Below are positions 10,707 to 19,453 of a stretch of DNA of 64,000 nucleotides, piece after piece. The notes under the pieces are model-generated. The model was not told the origin of the DNA. It was given only the letters and a program-made list of their open reading frames with translations, and did not search any database. Each line of letters starts with the position of its first letter. The first letter of the stretch is position 1. A program made the translations under genes and the position numbers. The stretch is from an uncultured Enterobacteriaceae bacterium. GTDB lineage: Bacteria > Pseudomonadota > Gammaproteobacteria > Burkholderiales > SG8-39. The stretch is from NCBI GenBank assembly GCA_964430565.1, contig CAYSFD010000056.1, positions 34,888 through 98,887 of the forward strand, in the 5' to 3' direction.

Positions 10707-11726
10707 CTAGTGGCTCGATAGCGCGCTGCTCAGCAACTTGGCGGTGATGGCGACGATCGGGATCACGCGCTCGTACGCCATGCGGGTCGGTCCGATCACC
10801 CCTACCGTGCCGATGACCTGCCCGTCAACTTCGTAGGGCGCCGTGACAACGCTGCACTCGTCGAGGGGCGCGATGCCGGACTCACCACCGATGAAGATCT
10901 GCACCCCCTGGGCACGGGTACTGAGCTCGAGAATCTGCATGAGCGCCGTCTTCTTTTCGAACAACTCGAACAGCTCCCGAAGCCGCGACATGTTCGAGGC
11001 GAGATCGTGGGAATCGAGCAAATTTCGCTCGCCGGAAATGACATAATTCTCGGTAGATTCGGACAATGCCTCGCTGCCGGCCTCGAGAGCCGCAGTCATG
11101 AGGTGCATCATGTCTTCTCGAAGTTGTCTCAAATCGCCTTGCACGCGGCGGCGGATCTCCTGAAAAGTAAGGCCCACGTAGTTCTGATTGAGAAAATTGC
11201 CCGCGGCCGTCAGTTCGGAAGGCGCGTAGGTCTTTTCCATAGACAGGATTCGGTTTTGCACGTCCCCGTCCGGCGTGACGATTATGAGCAGCACGCGCTT
11301 GTCCGACAGTGCCAGAAATTCGATGTGACGGAAGGCGGGCGCCTCGCGCTTGTTTGCCGCCACGACGCCCGCGAAGTGGGTTAGCTCCGACAGAAGCTGG
11401 GAGGCCGCGCTTATGAGGCGCTGCGGGTGGTCAGGATGCAGGTTGACTTCGAGCTGGCTGATATCGACGCGGTCGAGGGGCTTTACCGTGAGCAGCGTGT
11501 CGACGAAGAAGCGATAGCCGCGCGGAGTGGGTATGCGTCCCGCCGAGGTGTGGGGGCTTGCGACGAAGCCAAGCTGCTCAAGGTCCGCCATGACGTTGCG
11601 GATCGTCGCCGGGCTCAGTTCGAGGCCGGAGTAGCGCGACAGCGCACGCGAGCCTACCGGTTCGCCTTCCTCGATATAGCGCTCCACCAGGGTCTTAAGC
11701 AGGATCTGCGCGCGACGGTCTAACAT
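10707..11726 (-). CDS. hrcA: heat-inducible transcription repressor HrcA
   Basis: 339 aa reading [30 protein letters not shown]...[17 protein letters not shown], the HrcA winged-helix N-terminus with an HrcA C-terminal domain. Confidence 0.9.
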   Translation of the reverse strand: MLDRRAQILLKTLVERYIEEGEPVGSRALSRYSGLELSPATIRNVMADLEQLGFVASPHTSAGRIPTPRGYRFFVDTLLTVKPLDRVDISQLEVNLHPDHPQRLISAASQLLSELTHFAGVVAANKREAPAFRHIEFLALSDKRVLLIIVTPDGDVQNRILSMEKTYAPSELTAAGNFLNQNYVGLTFQEIRRRVQGDLRQLREDMMHLMTAALEAGSEALSESTENYVISGERNLLDSHDLASNMSRLRELFELFEKKTALMQILELSTRAQGVQIFIGGESGIAPLDECSVVTAPYEVDGQVIGTVGVIGPTRMAYERVIPIVAITAKLLSSALSSH

Positions 11727-11827
11727 AGGGGTGCGATTCTACAGAATCGGGCTGATTTGCGGTTTTGCTTGGCAGGTTTTTCGGCCGGCGTTGTGTCAGG
11801 TATGCATGTTCATGATTTAATGACGGT

Positions 11828-12697
11828 ATGCTCGCTTTCAAGACCATAGCATTGATCGGCCGCCACAACTCCGCCGAAGTCGCGACCGGGCTCGCGATAA
11901 TGGGCGATTACCTTCGCAAGCAGGGACGCGAGGTGTTCTTGGAAAAGGAAACCGCAGCCACGAGCGGCATCAATGGTTTTCCCGCGGCGGATTACGCCGA
12001 GATTGGCGCCAAAGCGGATCTCGCGGTGGTGCAGGGGGGCGACGGCAGCATGCTCAGCGCCGCACGGCACTTGGCGGTGCATCGCGTGCCCCTGGTCGGG
12101 GTCAACCAAGGCCGGCTCGGTTTCATGACCGACATTGCTTCTGCCAAGATGCTCGACGCGATGGCCGAGATTCTCGCGGGCCGCCACGCCATCGAGGAGC
12201 GCACCATGCTTGCCGCCGAAGTACGCCGCGACGGTGTGGTCACGCTCGCCACGCTTGCGCTCAACGACGCGGTCGTGAACAAAGGTGCGGTGGGCCGGCT
12301 GATCGAGTTCCTGGTGCACATCGACGGCGAGTTCGTCTATGACTTGCGCGCGGACGGACTTATCGTCGCGACGCCGACCGGCTCGACCGCCTACGCGTTA
12401 TCATCGGACGGGCCCATACTACAGCCGAGCGTGCCGGGCTTTGCGTTGGTGCCGATTTGCCCGCACACGCTCTCCAATCGGCCGATTATGGTGAGTGACC
12501 GCACGGTGATCGACATCACCCTGAAGCGCTCGGTTGATGCGCGACTTCATTTCGACGGGCAGATGCAGTGCGATCTGCAGGAGGGGGACCACGTCCTCAT
12601 CCGGCGCGCCGAGCACACGATCAAGTTCGTCCATCCTCCAGGCTACAGCTACTATGCGATGTTGCGCGAGAAACTGCACTGGAGCGAGGTGCTCTAG
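11828..12697 (+). CDS. nadK: NAD(+) kinase
   Basis: 289 aa with the GGDGSML and NDAVV motifs and the PTGSTAYALS motif of NAD kinases. Confidence 0.9.
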   Translation: MLAFKTIALIGRHNSAEVATGLAIMGDYLRKQGREVFLEKETAATSGINGFPAADYAEIGAKADLAVVQGGDGSMLSAARHLAVHRVPLVGVNQGRLGFMTDIASAKMLDAMAEILAGRHAIEERTMLAAEVRRDGVVTLATLALNDAVVNKGAVGRLIEFLVHIDGEFVYDLRADGLIVATPTGSTAYALSSDGPILQPSVPGFALVPICPHTLSNRPIMVSDRTVIDITLKRSVDARLHFDGQMQCDLQEGDHVLIRRAEHTIKFVHPPGYSYYAMLREKLHWSEVL

Positions 12698-12752
12698 CCG
12701 CCGGAGAGCTGAACGCTGTCTGCCTAGGTGCGTTTCATCCGTTGTTAAGAGA

Positions 12753-14414
12753 ATGCTTCTACATCTGTCCATACGGGACTTTGCCATAGTCGATCGGCTG
12801 GACCTTGAGTTCCGGCCGGGTTTCACCGCCCTGACGGGCGAGACCGGCGCCGGAAAGTCCATCCTGATCGACGCGCTGTCGCTGGCGCTTGGCGAACGTG
12901 CAGAAAACGAGCAGGTGCGCGTCGGCGCCGAGCGCGCGGACGTAGTTGCCGAGTTTTCCCTCGAGCCGCAGGCGAGGCTAGGGGACTGGTTGCGGGAACA
13001 GGCGCTCGAGGGCGACCAGAACAGGCTGCTGCTGCGCCGAGTAGTCGATCGGAACGGACGTTCGCGCGCGTTTATCAACGGCCACTCGGCGACGGTCAAC
13101 CAGCTGCGGGAGGCGGGAGATGGGCTGGTCGATATCCACGGCCAGCATGCGCACCAGTCGCTTCTCAAGCCCGAAGCACAACGCCGGGTACTCGACGCGC
13201 ACGCCGGGCTCACTTCCCTGGCAAGAGAGGTGGCTGGCGCGTACCGCGAGTGGCAAAGACTTTGCCAAATGAGACTTGACCGTGAAAGCAACGCAGCGGC
13301 ACGCGACGCGGAACGCGAGCAACTCACCTGGCAGGTCGAAGACCTATCCCGGCTCGCGCTTCAGCCCGGAGAATGGGAAATCATCCAATCGGAGCACGGC
13401 CGGCTTGCTCATGCGGCGAGCCTGCTGGAGGGCGGACGTGGAGCAATCGACGCGCTCTCAGAATCGGAGAGCGCCGCGCTTGGCGCGCTGTCGGGGGTAC
13501 TCTCGCGGCTGCGCCCTCTCATCGAATACGACGCGTCTCTACGCGAAACGATTGCGCTGCTCGAATCGGGTGAAGCGCAGGTGCGCGAGGCCGCCTATGC
13601 GCTGCGGCACTACATCGATCGCGTTGAACTCGACCCCGGGCGTTTGCGCGAAGTCGAGCAGCGCCTCGAAGCCATTCACAATGCGGCGCGCAAATTTCGC
13701 GCGAAACCTGAGGGTCTGCCCGATCTCCTGGCCTCGCTGCAGGCACGGCTGAAGGATCTGGAGATCACTGCGGACCTCGATGCGCTCGCCAGACAGGAAC
13801 AAGAGGCGCGCTTACACTACGACGGACTCGGCGCTCGGCTTTCCGCCGAGCGTGGCAAAGCCGCAACGAAACTCGGTCGCGAAGTGAACGCGGCGATGAA
13901 GGAGCTGGCGATGGCGGGAGGGCGGTTCGACGTGGAGCTGCGCTCCCTTCTTCCTGATGGCAGTGTCGCCGGCAACGAGCAAGTCGAATTTCTGGTCACA
14001 ACCAACCCCGGCGTGGAACCACGCTCTCTGTCCAAAGTGGCATCCGGGGGGGAACTATCCCGCATCAGTCTGGCGATTCAAGTAATCACGAGCCGGGCGG
14101 CGGCGGTGCCTACGCTGATCTTCGATGAAGTCGATGCGGGCATCGGCGGGGCGGTGGCCGAAATCGTCGGCAAGAAACTGAAGACTTTGGGCGAGGAGCG
14201 GCAAGTCTTGTGCGTCACGCACCTCCCGCAAGTGGCGTCGCAGGCGGGCGAGCAGTGGTCCGTCGCCAAGGGCGCAGAAAGCGGCAGCGCGAAAAGCCGG
14301 GTCGCGGTTCTCGACCAGAAATCTCGTATCGAAGAAATCGCGCGCATGCTGGGCGGGGTCGCGATCACTGCAACAACGCGCGAGCACGCGGCGGAAATGC
14401 TTGGCTTGCGGTAG
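12753..14414 (+). CDS. recN: DNA repair protein RecN
   Basis: MLLHLSIRDFAIVDRLDLEF...LTGETGAGKSILIDAL (Walker A), a long coiled-coil, and C-terminal SGGELSRISLA...FDEVDAGIGG. The true start is ATG 12753; the ORF-track start 12534 runs through the nadK 3' end. Confidence 0.9.
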   Translation: MLLHLSIRDFAIVDRLDLEFRPGFTALTGETGAGKSILIDALSLALGERAENEQVRVGAERADVVAEFSLEPQARLGDWLREQALEGDQNRLLLRRVVDRNGRSRAFINGHSATVNQLREAGDGLVDIHGQHAHQSLLKPEAQRRVLDAHAGLTSLAREVAGAYREWQRLCQMRLDRESNAAARDAEREQLTWQVEDLSRLALQPGEWEIIQSEHGRLAHAASLLEGGRGAIDALSESESAALGALSGVLSRLRPLIEYDASLRETIALLESGEAQVREAAYALRHYIDRVELDPGRLREVEQRLEAIHNAARKFRAKPEGLPDLLASLQARLKDLEITADLDALARQEQEARLHYDGLGARLSAERGKAATKLGREVNAAMKELAMAGGRFDVELRSLLPDGSVAGNEQVEFLVTTNPGVEPRSLSKVASGGELSRISLAIQVITSRAAAVPTLIFDEVDAGIGGAVAEIVGKKLKTLGEERQVLCVTHLPQVASQAGEQWSVAKGAESGSAKSRVAVLDQKSRIEEIARMLGGVAITATTREHAAEMLGLR

Positions 14415-14462
14415 TGGTAACATTTGCAGTTCACCGATGTTTCTTAGCCTTGGAGACAGAGA

Positions 14463-14831
14463 ATGGGCCGCATAAAGCTTCAGGCAGGCGTAGGTCAGGT
14501 GGTTCCCCTCGCCATAGTCGCAGGGTTTCTTCTGATCGGATATGTTGCGATCGAGGTGTACAGCGAAGACCAAAAATCCAGATTGATCGTCGAGACCCGT
14601 GGATCGCAGATGGTCTCCGCGCTTGCGGCGCACAAGCGCGAGAATGGCGCTTACCCGGAAGCGCTCGACAAGCTCGTTCCAAAATACGTCCTGACGGTGG
14701 GAAAATGCCCGGGCGGAGTGCCGATGGAGTACTCAGTTTCGGCTGGTGAGTACGCGCTATCCTGCCGAAACGTAGTTTTGAAGCACAAGCCGTACGTCTA
14801 CAATTCGCGATCGCGGAGTTGGAGCGGATGA
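14463..14831 (+). CDS. hypothetical small membrane-anchored protein
   Basis: GGAGA SD lies 6 nt upstream of the ATG. It has one N-terminal TM helix (VVPLAIVAGFLLIGYVAIEVY). The segment ...AAHKRENGAYPEALDKLVPKYV weakly resembles the globular part of type II secretion pseudopilins, but no prepilin cleavage motif is present. Confidence 0.5.
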   Translation: MGRIKLQAGVGQVVPLAIVAGFLLIGYVAIEVYSEDQKSRLIVETRGSQMVSALAAHKRENGAYPEALDKLVPKYVLTVGKCPGGVPMEYSVSAGEYALSCRNVVLKHKPYVYNSRSRSWSG

Positions 14832-14910
14832 GCTGCTGTGGGATCTGCCACGATGGATCGGTCAGGGTTTGTGTCGGGCGGGGCTTTTCCGATAGAATTC
14901 TGCGCTCTCC

Positions 14911-14987
14911 AGGCGCGTAGCTCAGCTGGTTAGAGCACCACCTTGACATGGTGGGGGTCGTTGGTTCGAGTCCAATCGCGCCTACCA
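14911..14987 (+). tRNA. tRNA-Val (anticodon GAC)
   Basis: Hand-folded cloverleaf: acceptor AGGCGCG/CGCGCCT, D arm GCTC...GAGC, anticodon stem CCACC/GGTGG with loop TTGACAT, T arm GTTGG-TTCGAGT-CCAAT, and an encoded CCA. A TAGAAT -10-like box at 14893-14898 sits with TTGTGT 18 nt upstream. Confidence 0.95.
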
Positions 14988-14992
14988 AGTAA

Positions 14993-15060
14993 GTTAAGCC
15001 GGACGCGGAGCGCCGGCTTAACTGCTCGCGTTGGAACGGACGCGGAGCGCCGTTCAACGC
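14993..15060 (+). other. two tandem stem-loops sharing an identical 16-nt core (tRNA-Val trailer / thrS leader)
   Basis: Hairpin 1 (14993-15022) is GTTAAGCCGG-A-CGC-GGA-GCG-CCGGCTTAAC. Hairpin 2 (15028-15060) is GCGTTGGAACGG-A-CGC-GGA-GCG-CCGTTCAACGC. The core CGGACGCGGAGCGCCG is identical, and the outer stems differ but stay complementary. Confidence 0.5.
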
Positions 15061-15112
15061 TCGGGGCTGGAGCTTCGTAGAGTCTGGAAGTCGGTTGAAA
15101 ATCCGAATAGAC

Positions 15113-17026
15113 ATGGTCAAGATCACGCTTCCGGACGGCTCTGCTCGCGAGTTTGAAGACCCGCCGTCGGTGCTCGACGTCGCGGCCGCCATCGGTCCGG
15201 GTTTGGCGCGCGCGGCACTCGCGGGCAGGGTAAACGGAAAACTTGTCGATACCTCGTTTCGCATCGAGCGGGACGCCGAGCTCGCCATCATCACCGAGCG
15301 CGACAAGGACGGTGTGGAGATCCTGCGCCATTCAACCGCGCACCTGCTCGCTTACGCCGTGAAGGAGCTTTTCCCCGACGCGCAAGTGACCATCGGTCCG
15401 GTGATCGAGAATGGCTTCTACTACGATTTCTCGTTCAAGCGTCCGTTTACGCCCGACGATCTCGACGCCATCGAAAAACGCATGGCCGAACTGGCGAGAA
15501 AGGATTTGCCCGTGACGCGCGCGGTTTGGTCGCGCGACCGGGCGATCGAGTATTTCAAGTCGCTCGGCGAGCACTACAAGGCAGAGATCATTGCATCGAT
15601 CCCCGCTGGCGAGGAAGTGTCGCTGTATCGGGAAGGCGATTTCGTCGATCTCTGCCGCGGCCCGCATGTCCCCTCGACCGGCAAGCTCAAGGTCTTCAAG
15701 CTGACGAAGGTCGCGGGGGCCTATTGGCGCGGCGACTCAAAAAACGAGATGTTGCAGCGGATCTATGGCACGGCCTGGGCAAGGAAAGAGGAGCAGGAGG
15801 CCTACCTCAAGATGATCGAGGAAGCGGAGAAGCGCGATCATCGGCGGCTGGGTACGCAGCTCGATCTTTTTCACCTTCAGGAAGAGGCTCCCGGCATGGT
15901 GTTCTGGCATCCGAAGGGATGGGCGATCTGGCAGCAGGTCGAACAGTACATGCGTCGGGTTTACCTGGAGAACGGCTATCTCGAAGTGCGATGCCCACAG
16001 GTTCTTGACCGCAGCCTGTGGGAGAAATCCGGTCACTGGGAGAACTACAAGGAGCTGATGTTCACGACCGAATCGGAAAAGCGCGACTATGCGATCAAAC
16101 CGATGAACTGCCCCGGACACATTCAGATCTACAACAAGGGCCTGCACAGCTACCGCGAGCTTCCGCTGCGTTACGGCGAATTCGGGGCGTGCCACCGCAA
16201 CGAGCCTTCCGGCGCACTGCATGGAATCATGCGCATCCGGGCATTTACGCAGGACGACGGCCACGTCTTTTGCACCGAAGAACAGATTCAGCCGGAAGTC
16301 ACGGCATTCACTGCGTTGTTGCAAAAGGTTTACGCCGATTTCGGCTTTACCGAGGTCCTCTACAAGCTCGCCACGCGGCCGCCGAAGCGGGTCGGCGCCG
16401 ATGAAACGTGGGACAAGGCCGAACGCGCGCTCAAAGCGGCGCTGGAAAGCAGCAGCTTGGCTTTCGAACTGCTGCCGGGTGAAGGGGCGTTCTATGGCCC
16501 CAAGATCGAGTATCACCTGAAGGACAGCATCGGCCGCTCCTGGCAGTGCGGCACGATGCAGGTGGATTTTTCCATGCCCGGGCGCCTCGGCGCCGAATAC
16601 GTCGCGGAGAACAACACGCGCAAAGTTCCTGTCATGCTGCATCGAGCCATCGTCGGTTCGATGGAGCGCTTTATCGGTATCCTTGTGGAGCACTACGCCG
16701 GGGCCATGCCGTTGTGGCTCGCGCCCCTCCAGGTGATAGTGCTCAACATTTCCGAGGGACAGGTGGCCTATGCGCAAGGCGTCGCGAGCGCCCTGAAACG
16801 CGCCGGTTGGCGTTGCGAGCCGGACTTGAGGAACGAGAAAATAACCTATAAAATTCGCGAACATAGCTTACAGAAACTGCCGTACCAGTTGATCGTCGGA
16901 GAAAAGGAAAAGGCAGCCAAAAAGGTGGCCGTGCGCACCCGCAGCGGTGAAGACCTTGGGCAGGTTTCCCTGCCCGATTTCATCGCCCGCCTCCGCAACG
17001 AGGCTCAGCCGGGCGGTACGGCTTAA
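15113..17026 (+). CDS. thrS: threonine--tRNA ligase
   Basis: [14 protein letters not shown] (TGS domain), HSTAHLLA (editing domain) and class II motifs ([24 protein letters not shown]...). ATG 15113 is preferred over TTG 15095. Confidence 0.95.
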   Translation: MVKITLPDGSAREFEDPPSVLDVAAAIGPGLARAALAGRVNGKLVDTSFRIERDAELAIITERDKDGVEILRHSTAHLLAYAVKELFPDAQVTIGPVIENGFYYDFSFKRPFTPDDLDAIEKRMAELARKDLPVTRAVWSRDRAIEYFKSLGEHYKAEIIASIPAGEEVSLYREGDFVDLCRGPHVPSTGKLKVFKLTKVAGAYWRGDSKNEMLQRIYGTAWARKEEQEAYLKMIEEAEKRDHRRLGTQLDLFHLQEEAPGMVFWHPKGWAIWQQVEQYMRRVYLENGYLEVRCPQVLDRSLWEKSGHWENYKELMFTTESEKRDYAIKPMNCPGHIQIYNKGLHSYRELPLRYGEFGACHRNEPSGALHGIMRIRAFTQDDGHVFCTEEQIQPEVTAFTALLQKVYADFGFTEVLYKLATRPPKRVGADETWDKAERALKAALESSSLAFELLPGEGAFYGPKIEYHLKDSIGRSWQCGTMQVDFSMPGRLGAEYVAENNTRKVPVMLHRAIVGSMERFIGILVEHYAGAMPLWLAPLQVIVLNISEGQVAYAQGVASALKRAGWRCEPDLRNEKITYKIREHSLQKLPYQLIVGEKEKAAKKVAVRTRSGEDLGQVSLPDFIARLRNEAQPGGTA

Positions 17027-17052
17027 TTTTTCAATTTCTTGGAGAGATAAAC

Positions 17053-17631
17053 ATCGCCACGGACAGAGCGCAGCGCATCAACATCGAGATCAACGCACCC
17101 GAAGTGCGGCTGATAGGAACTGGCGGCGAGCAGGTCGGTATTGTGCCGATCGCCCAGGCCATGAAGATGGCCGAGGAAGCCGAAGTAGACCTCGTAGAAA
17201 TCGCCCCCATGGCCAAGCCGCCGGTATGCAAGCTGATGGACTATGGCAAGTTCAAGTACCGCGAGGCGAAGAAAGCCCATGAGGCGAAGCTCAAGCAGAA
17301 GCAGATCCACGTCAAGGAAGTGAAGTTCCGTCCTGGAACCGACCAGGGCGATTACCAGATCAAGCTGCGCAACCTGATCAAGTTTCTCGAAGAAGGCGAC
17401 AAGGCAAAGGTTACGCTGCGCTACCGCGGCCGCGAGATGGCGCACCAGGAATTCGGCGTGCGCCTGATCGAACGGGTCAAGCTGGATCTTGAGCCTTACG
17501 CGGTGGTAGAGCAGTTCCCCAAGATGGAAGGGCGGCAGCTGATCATGGTGTTGGCGCCGAAGAAGGGCAAGAAGGAAGTAAAGAAAGCGGTCAAAACCAG
17601 GAAGGAACCCAAACCAGCTATCTCCCCGTAG
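17053..17631 (+). CDS. infC: translation initiation factor IF-3 (non-AUG start)
   Basis: The IF-3 N-terminal region ...[30 protein letters not shown] extends upstream of the ORF-track GTG (17104), with no in-frame ATG/GTG/TTG there. The candidates are ATC 17053 (GGAGAG SD 6 nt upstream), ATA 17047 and ATT 17026. Confidence 0.85.
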   Translation: MATDRAQRINIEINAPEVRLIGTGGEQVGIVPIAQAMKMAEEAEVDLVEIAPMAKPPVCKLMDYGKFKYREAKKAHEAKLKQKQIHVKEVKFRPGTDQGDYQIKLRNLIKFLEEGDKAKVTLRYRGREMAHQEFGVRLIERVKLDLEPYAVVEQFPKMEGRQLIMVLAPKKGKKEVKKAVKTRKEPKPAISP

Positions 17632-17724
17632 AGCAGCTTGATGAACGATTCAGAAGAAGTGGTACCGAGGTCTACAAGCGCTCCGCAGGAGCCACCCGTC
17701 GCCATGTCAAAACAGGAGTATGCA

Positions 17725-17922
17725 ATGCCCAAGATGAAGACCAAGCGCAGCGCCGCCAAGCGCTTCAAAGTGCGCTCCGGCGGCAGCATCAAGCGCTCGC
17801 AGGCGTTCAAGCGCCACATCCTCACCAAGAAGACCACCAAAAACAAACGCCATCTTCGCGGTATGGCGGAGGTGCATTCCACCGACAAGCAGCGTGTTCG
17901 CGCCATGCTGCCCTACGCGTAA
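17725..17922 (+). CDS. rpmI: 50S ribosomal protein L35
   Basis: [16 protein letters not shown]...[15 protein letters not shown], 65 aa, with an AGGAG SD upstream. The ORF-track start 17638 is an upstream extension. Confidence 0.95.
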   Translation: MPKMKTKRSAAKRFKVRSGGSIKRSQAFKRHILTKKTTKNKRHLRGMAEVHSTDKQRVRAMLPYA

Positions 17923-17933
17923 GGAGATCGGTC

Positions 17934-18293
17934 ATGCCACGAGTTAAACGCGGCGTTACCGCACGCGCCAAGCACAAGAAAGTCTTCGCCCAGGCCAAAG
18001 GATTCCGCGGTCGCCGCGGCAACGTTTTCCGGATCGCCAAAGAAGCGGTCATGAAGGCCCAGCAGTATGCCTACCGCGACCGCAAACAACGCAAGCGCCA
18101 GTTCCGCGCGTTGTGGATCGCTCGCATCAACGCCGCGGTGCGCGAGCACGGGATGACATATTCGGTGTTCATGAACGGGCTTAAGAAAGCGGCGATCGAA
18201 GTGGACCGCAAGGTGCTCGCCGATCTGGCGGTCGCAGACAAGGCCGCCTTTGCACAGCTCGCGAGCGAGGCGAAGGCCAAGCTCGGCGCATGA
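17934..18293 (+). CDS. rplT: 50S ribosomal protein L20
   Basis: [17 protein letters not shown]...[22 protein letters not shown], 119 aa. Confidence 0.95.
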   Translation: MPRVKRGVTARAKHKKVFAQAKGFRGRRGNVFRIAKEAVMKAQQYAYRDRKQRKRQFRALWIARINAAVREHGMTYSVFMNGLKKAAIEVDRKVLADLAVADKAAFAQLASEAKAKLGA

Positions 18294-18302
18294 TCCTTCG
18301 AT

Positions 18303-18418
18303 CCCCTCCTCGATGAGGAGGGGTGCCCGCGCAGCGGGCGGGGTGGCAGGGCAGTATCTTCTCCTTCGCCGAAACGACCCCGGTGCTGCCCGCCACCCCT
18401 CCTTGAAGACAGGAGGGG
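18303..18418 (+). repeat. REP-like palindromic units / structured rplT-pheS spacer
   Basis: Three hairpins: CCCCTCCTC-GAT-GAGGAGGGG (18303-18323), GCCCGC-GCA-GCGGGC (18325-18339), and CCCCTCCT-TGAAGAC-AGGAGGGG (18396-18418), the last pairing the pheS SD. There is also a long-range complement between GGGGTGGCAGGGCAG (18340-18354) and CTGCCCGCCACCCC (18386-18399). Confidence 0.45.
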
Positions 18419-18427
18419 AAAATCCGC

Positions 18428-19426
18428 ATGATCGATCTGGATAAAGTTGTTTCGAAAGCGATCGCCGAATTCGGCGGCGCGAAAGATGCCGCAGAGCTCG
18501 AGAGAATCAAGGCGAGCTACCTCGGCAAGTCCGGCGTTCTCGCCGGGGTGATGAAGGACCTCGCGAAGCTCGCACCTGAGGCGCGCCGCGAAACCGGGGC
18601 GCGCGTCAATGCAGCCAAAGACCGGGTCGAAGCCGCGCTCGCGGCCCGTCGCGAGGAGCTCGCCGCCGTCAGGCTCGACGCACGGCTCGCCGAAGAGGCG
18701 CTTGATGTAACGCTCCCCGGCCGCGGGCGCGGCAGAGGCGGGATCCACCCCGTCATTCGCACTTCGCAGCGTATTGAGGCGATCTTTGGGTCGATCGGAT
18801 TCGAGGTGGCCGACGGTCCGGAAATCGAGACGGACTGGTACAACTTCACCGCCCTCAATCAGCCGGAAAACCATCCGGCGCGCTCGATGCACGACACCTT
18901 CTATGTGGAAGGAGGCCTGCTGCTTCGTACGCATACGAGCCCGATACAGGTACGCTACGCGCGCACGCACGAGCCGCCGATCAAAGTGATCGCGCCGGGC
19001 CGGTCCTATCGAGTGGATTCGGACGCCACCCATTCGCCGATGTTCCATCAGGTCGAGGGCCTGTGGATCGACGAGCACATCAGTTTCGCCGACCTGAAAG
19101 GCGTCTATATCGATTTCCTCCGCCGATTCTTCGAGACCGACGAGCTCCAGGTTCGCTTTCGTCCGTCCTTTTTCCCGTTCACCGAGCCTTCTGCCGAGAT
19201 CGACATGATGTTCAGCTCGGGCCCGAACCGGGGAAGGTGGCTGGAGATCTCCGGCGCGGGCCAGGTCCATCCGAATGTCGTGCGCAACTTCGGTCTCGAT
19301 CCCGAGCGATACATGGGCTTTGCCTTCGGATCGGGACTCGAGCGGCTCACGATGCTGCGCTACGGCATTAACGATCTGCGGCTGTTTTTTGAGGGAGATC
19401 TGCGCTTTCTCGGGCAGTTTTCCTGA
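18428..19426 (+). CDS. pheS: phenylalanine--tRNA ligase alpha subunit
   Basis: 332 aa reading ...[11 protein letters not shown]...[12 protein letters not shown]...[14 protein letters not shown]...[14 protein letters not shown]. Confidence 0.95.
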   Translation: MIDLDKVVSKAIAEFGGAKDAAELERIKASYLGKSGVLAGVMKDLAKLAPEARRETGARVNAAKDRVEAALAARREELAAVRLDARLAEEALDVTLPGRGRGRGGIHPVIRTSQRIEAIFGSIGFEVADGPEIETDWYNFTALNQPENHPARSMHDTFYVEGGLLLRTHTSPIQVRYARTHEPPIKVIAPGRSYRVDSDATHSPMFHQVEGLWIDEHISFADLKGVYIDFLRRFFETDELQVRFRPSFFPFTEPSAEIDMMFSSGPNRGRWLEISGAGQVHPNVVRNFGLDPERYMGFAFGSGLERLTMLRYGINDLRLFFEGDLRFLGQFS

Positions 19427-19453
19427 ACGCTGATCTTGCACTGACCGAACTCC

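Noticed and set aside
12698-12752. I looked for a LexA SOS box (CTGT-N8-ACAG type) upstream of recN.
   Set aside because: No CTGT...ACAG palindrome is visible in the nadK-recN spacer or just inside recN. The only CTGT (12715-12718) has no matching half-site, and I cannot claim regulation.
18293-18428. I looked for a Phe-rich leader peptide (E. coli pheM-style attenuator) upstream of pheS.
   Set aside because: The only small ORF in the spacer (MRRGARAAGGVAGQYLLLRRND...) has no Phe run. The structures are reported as a separate, weaker observation instead.
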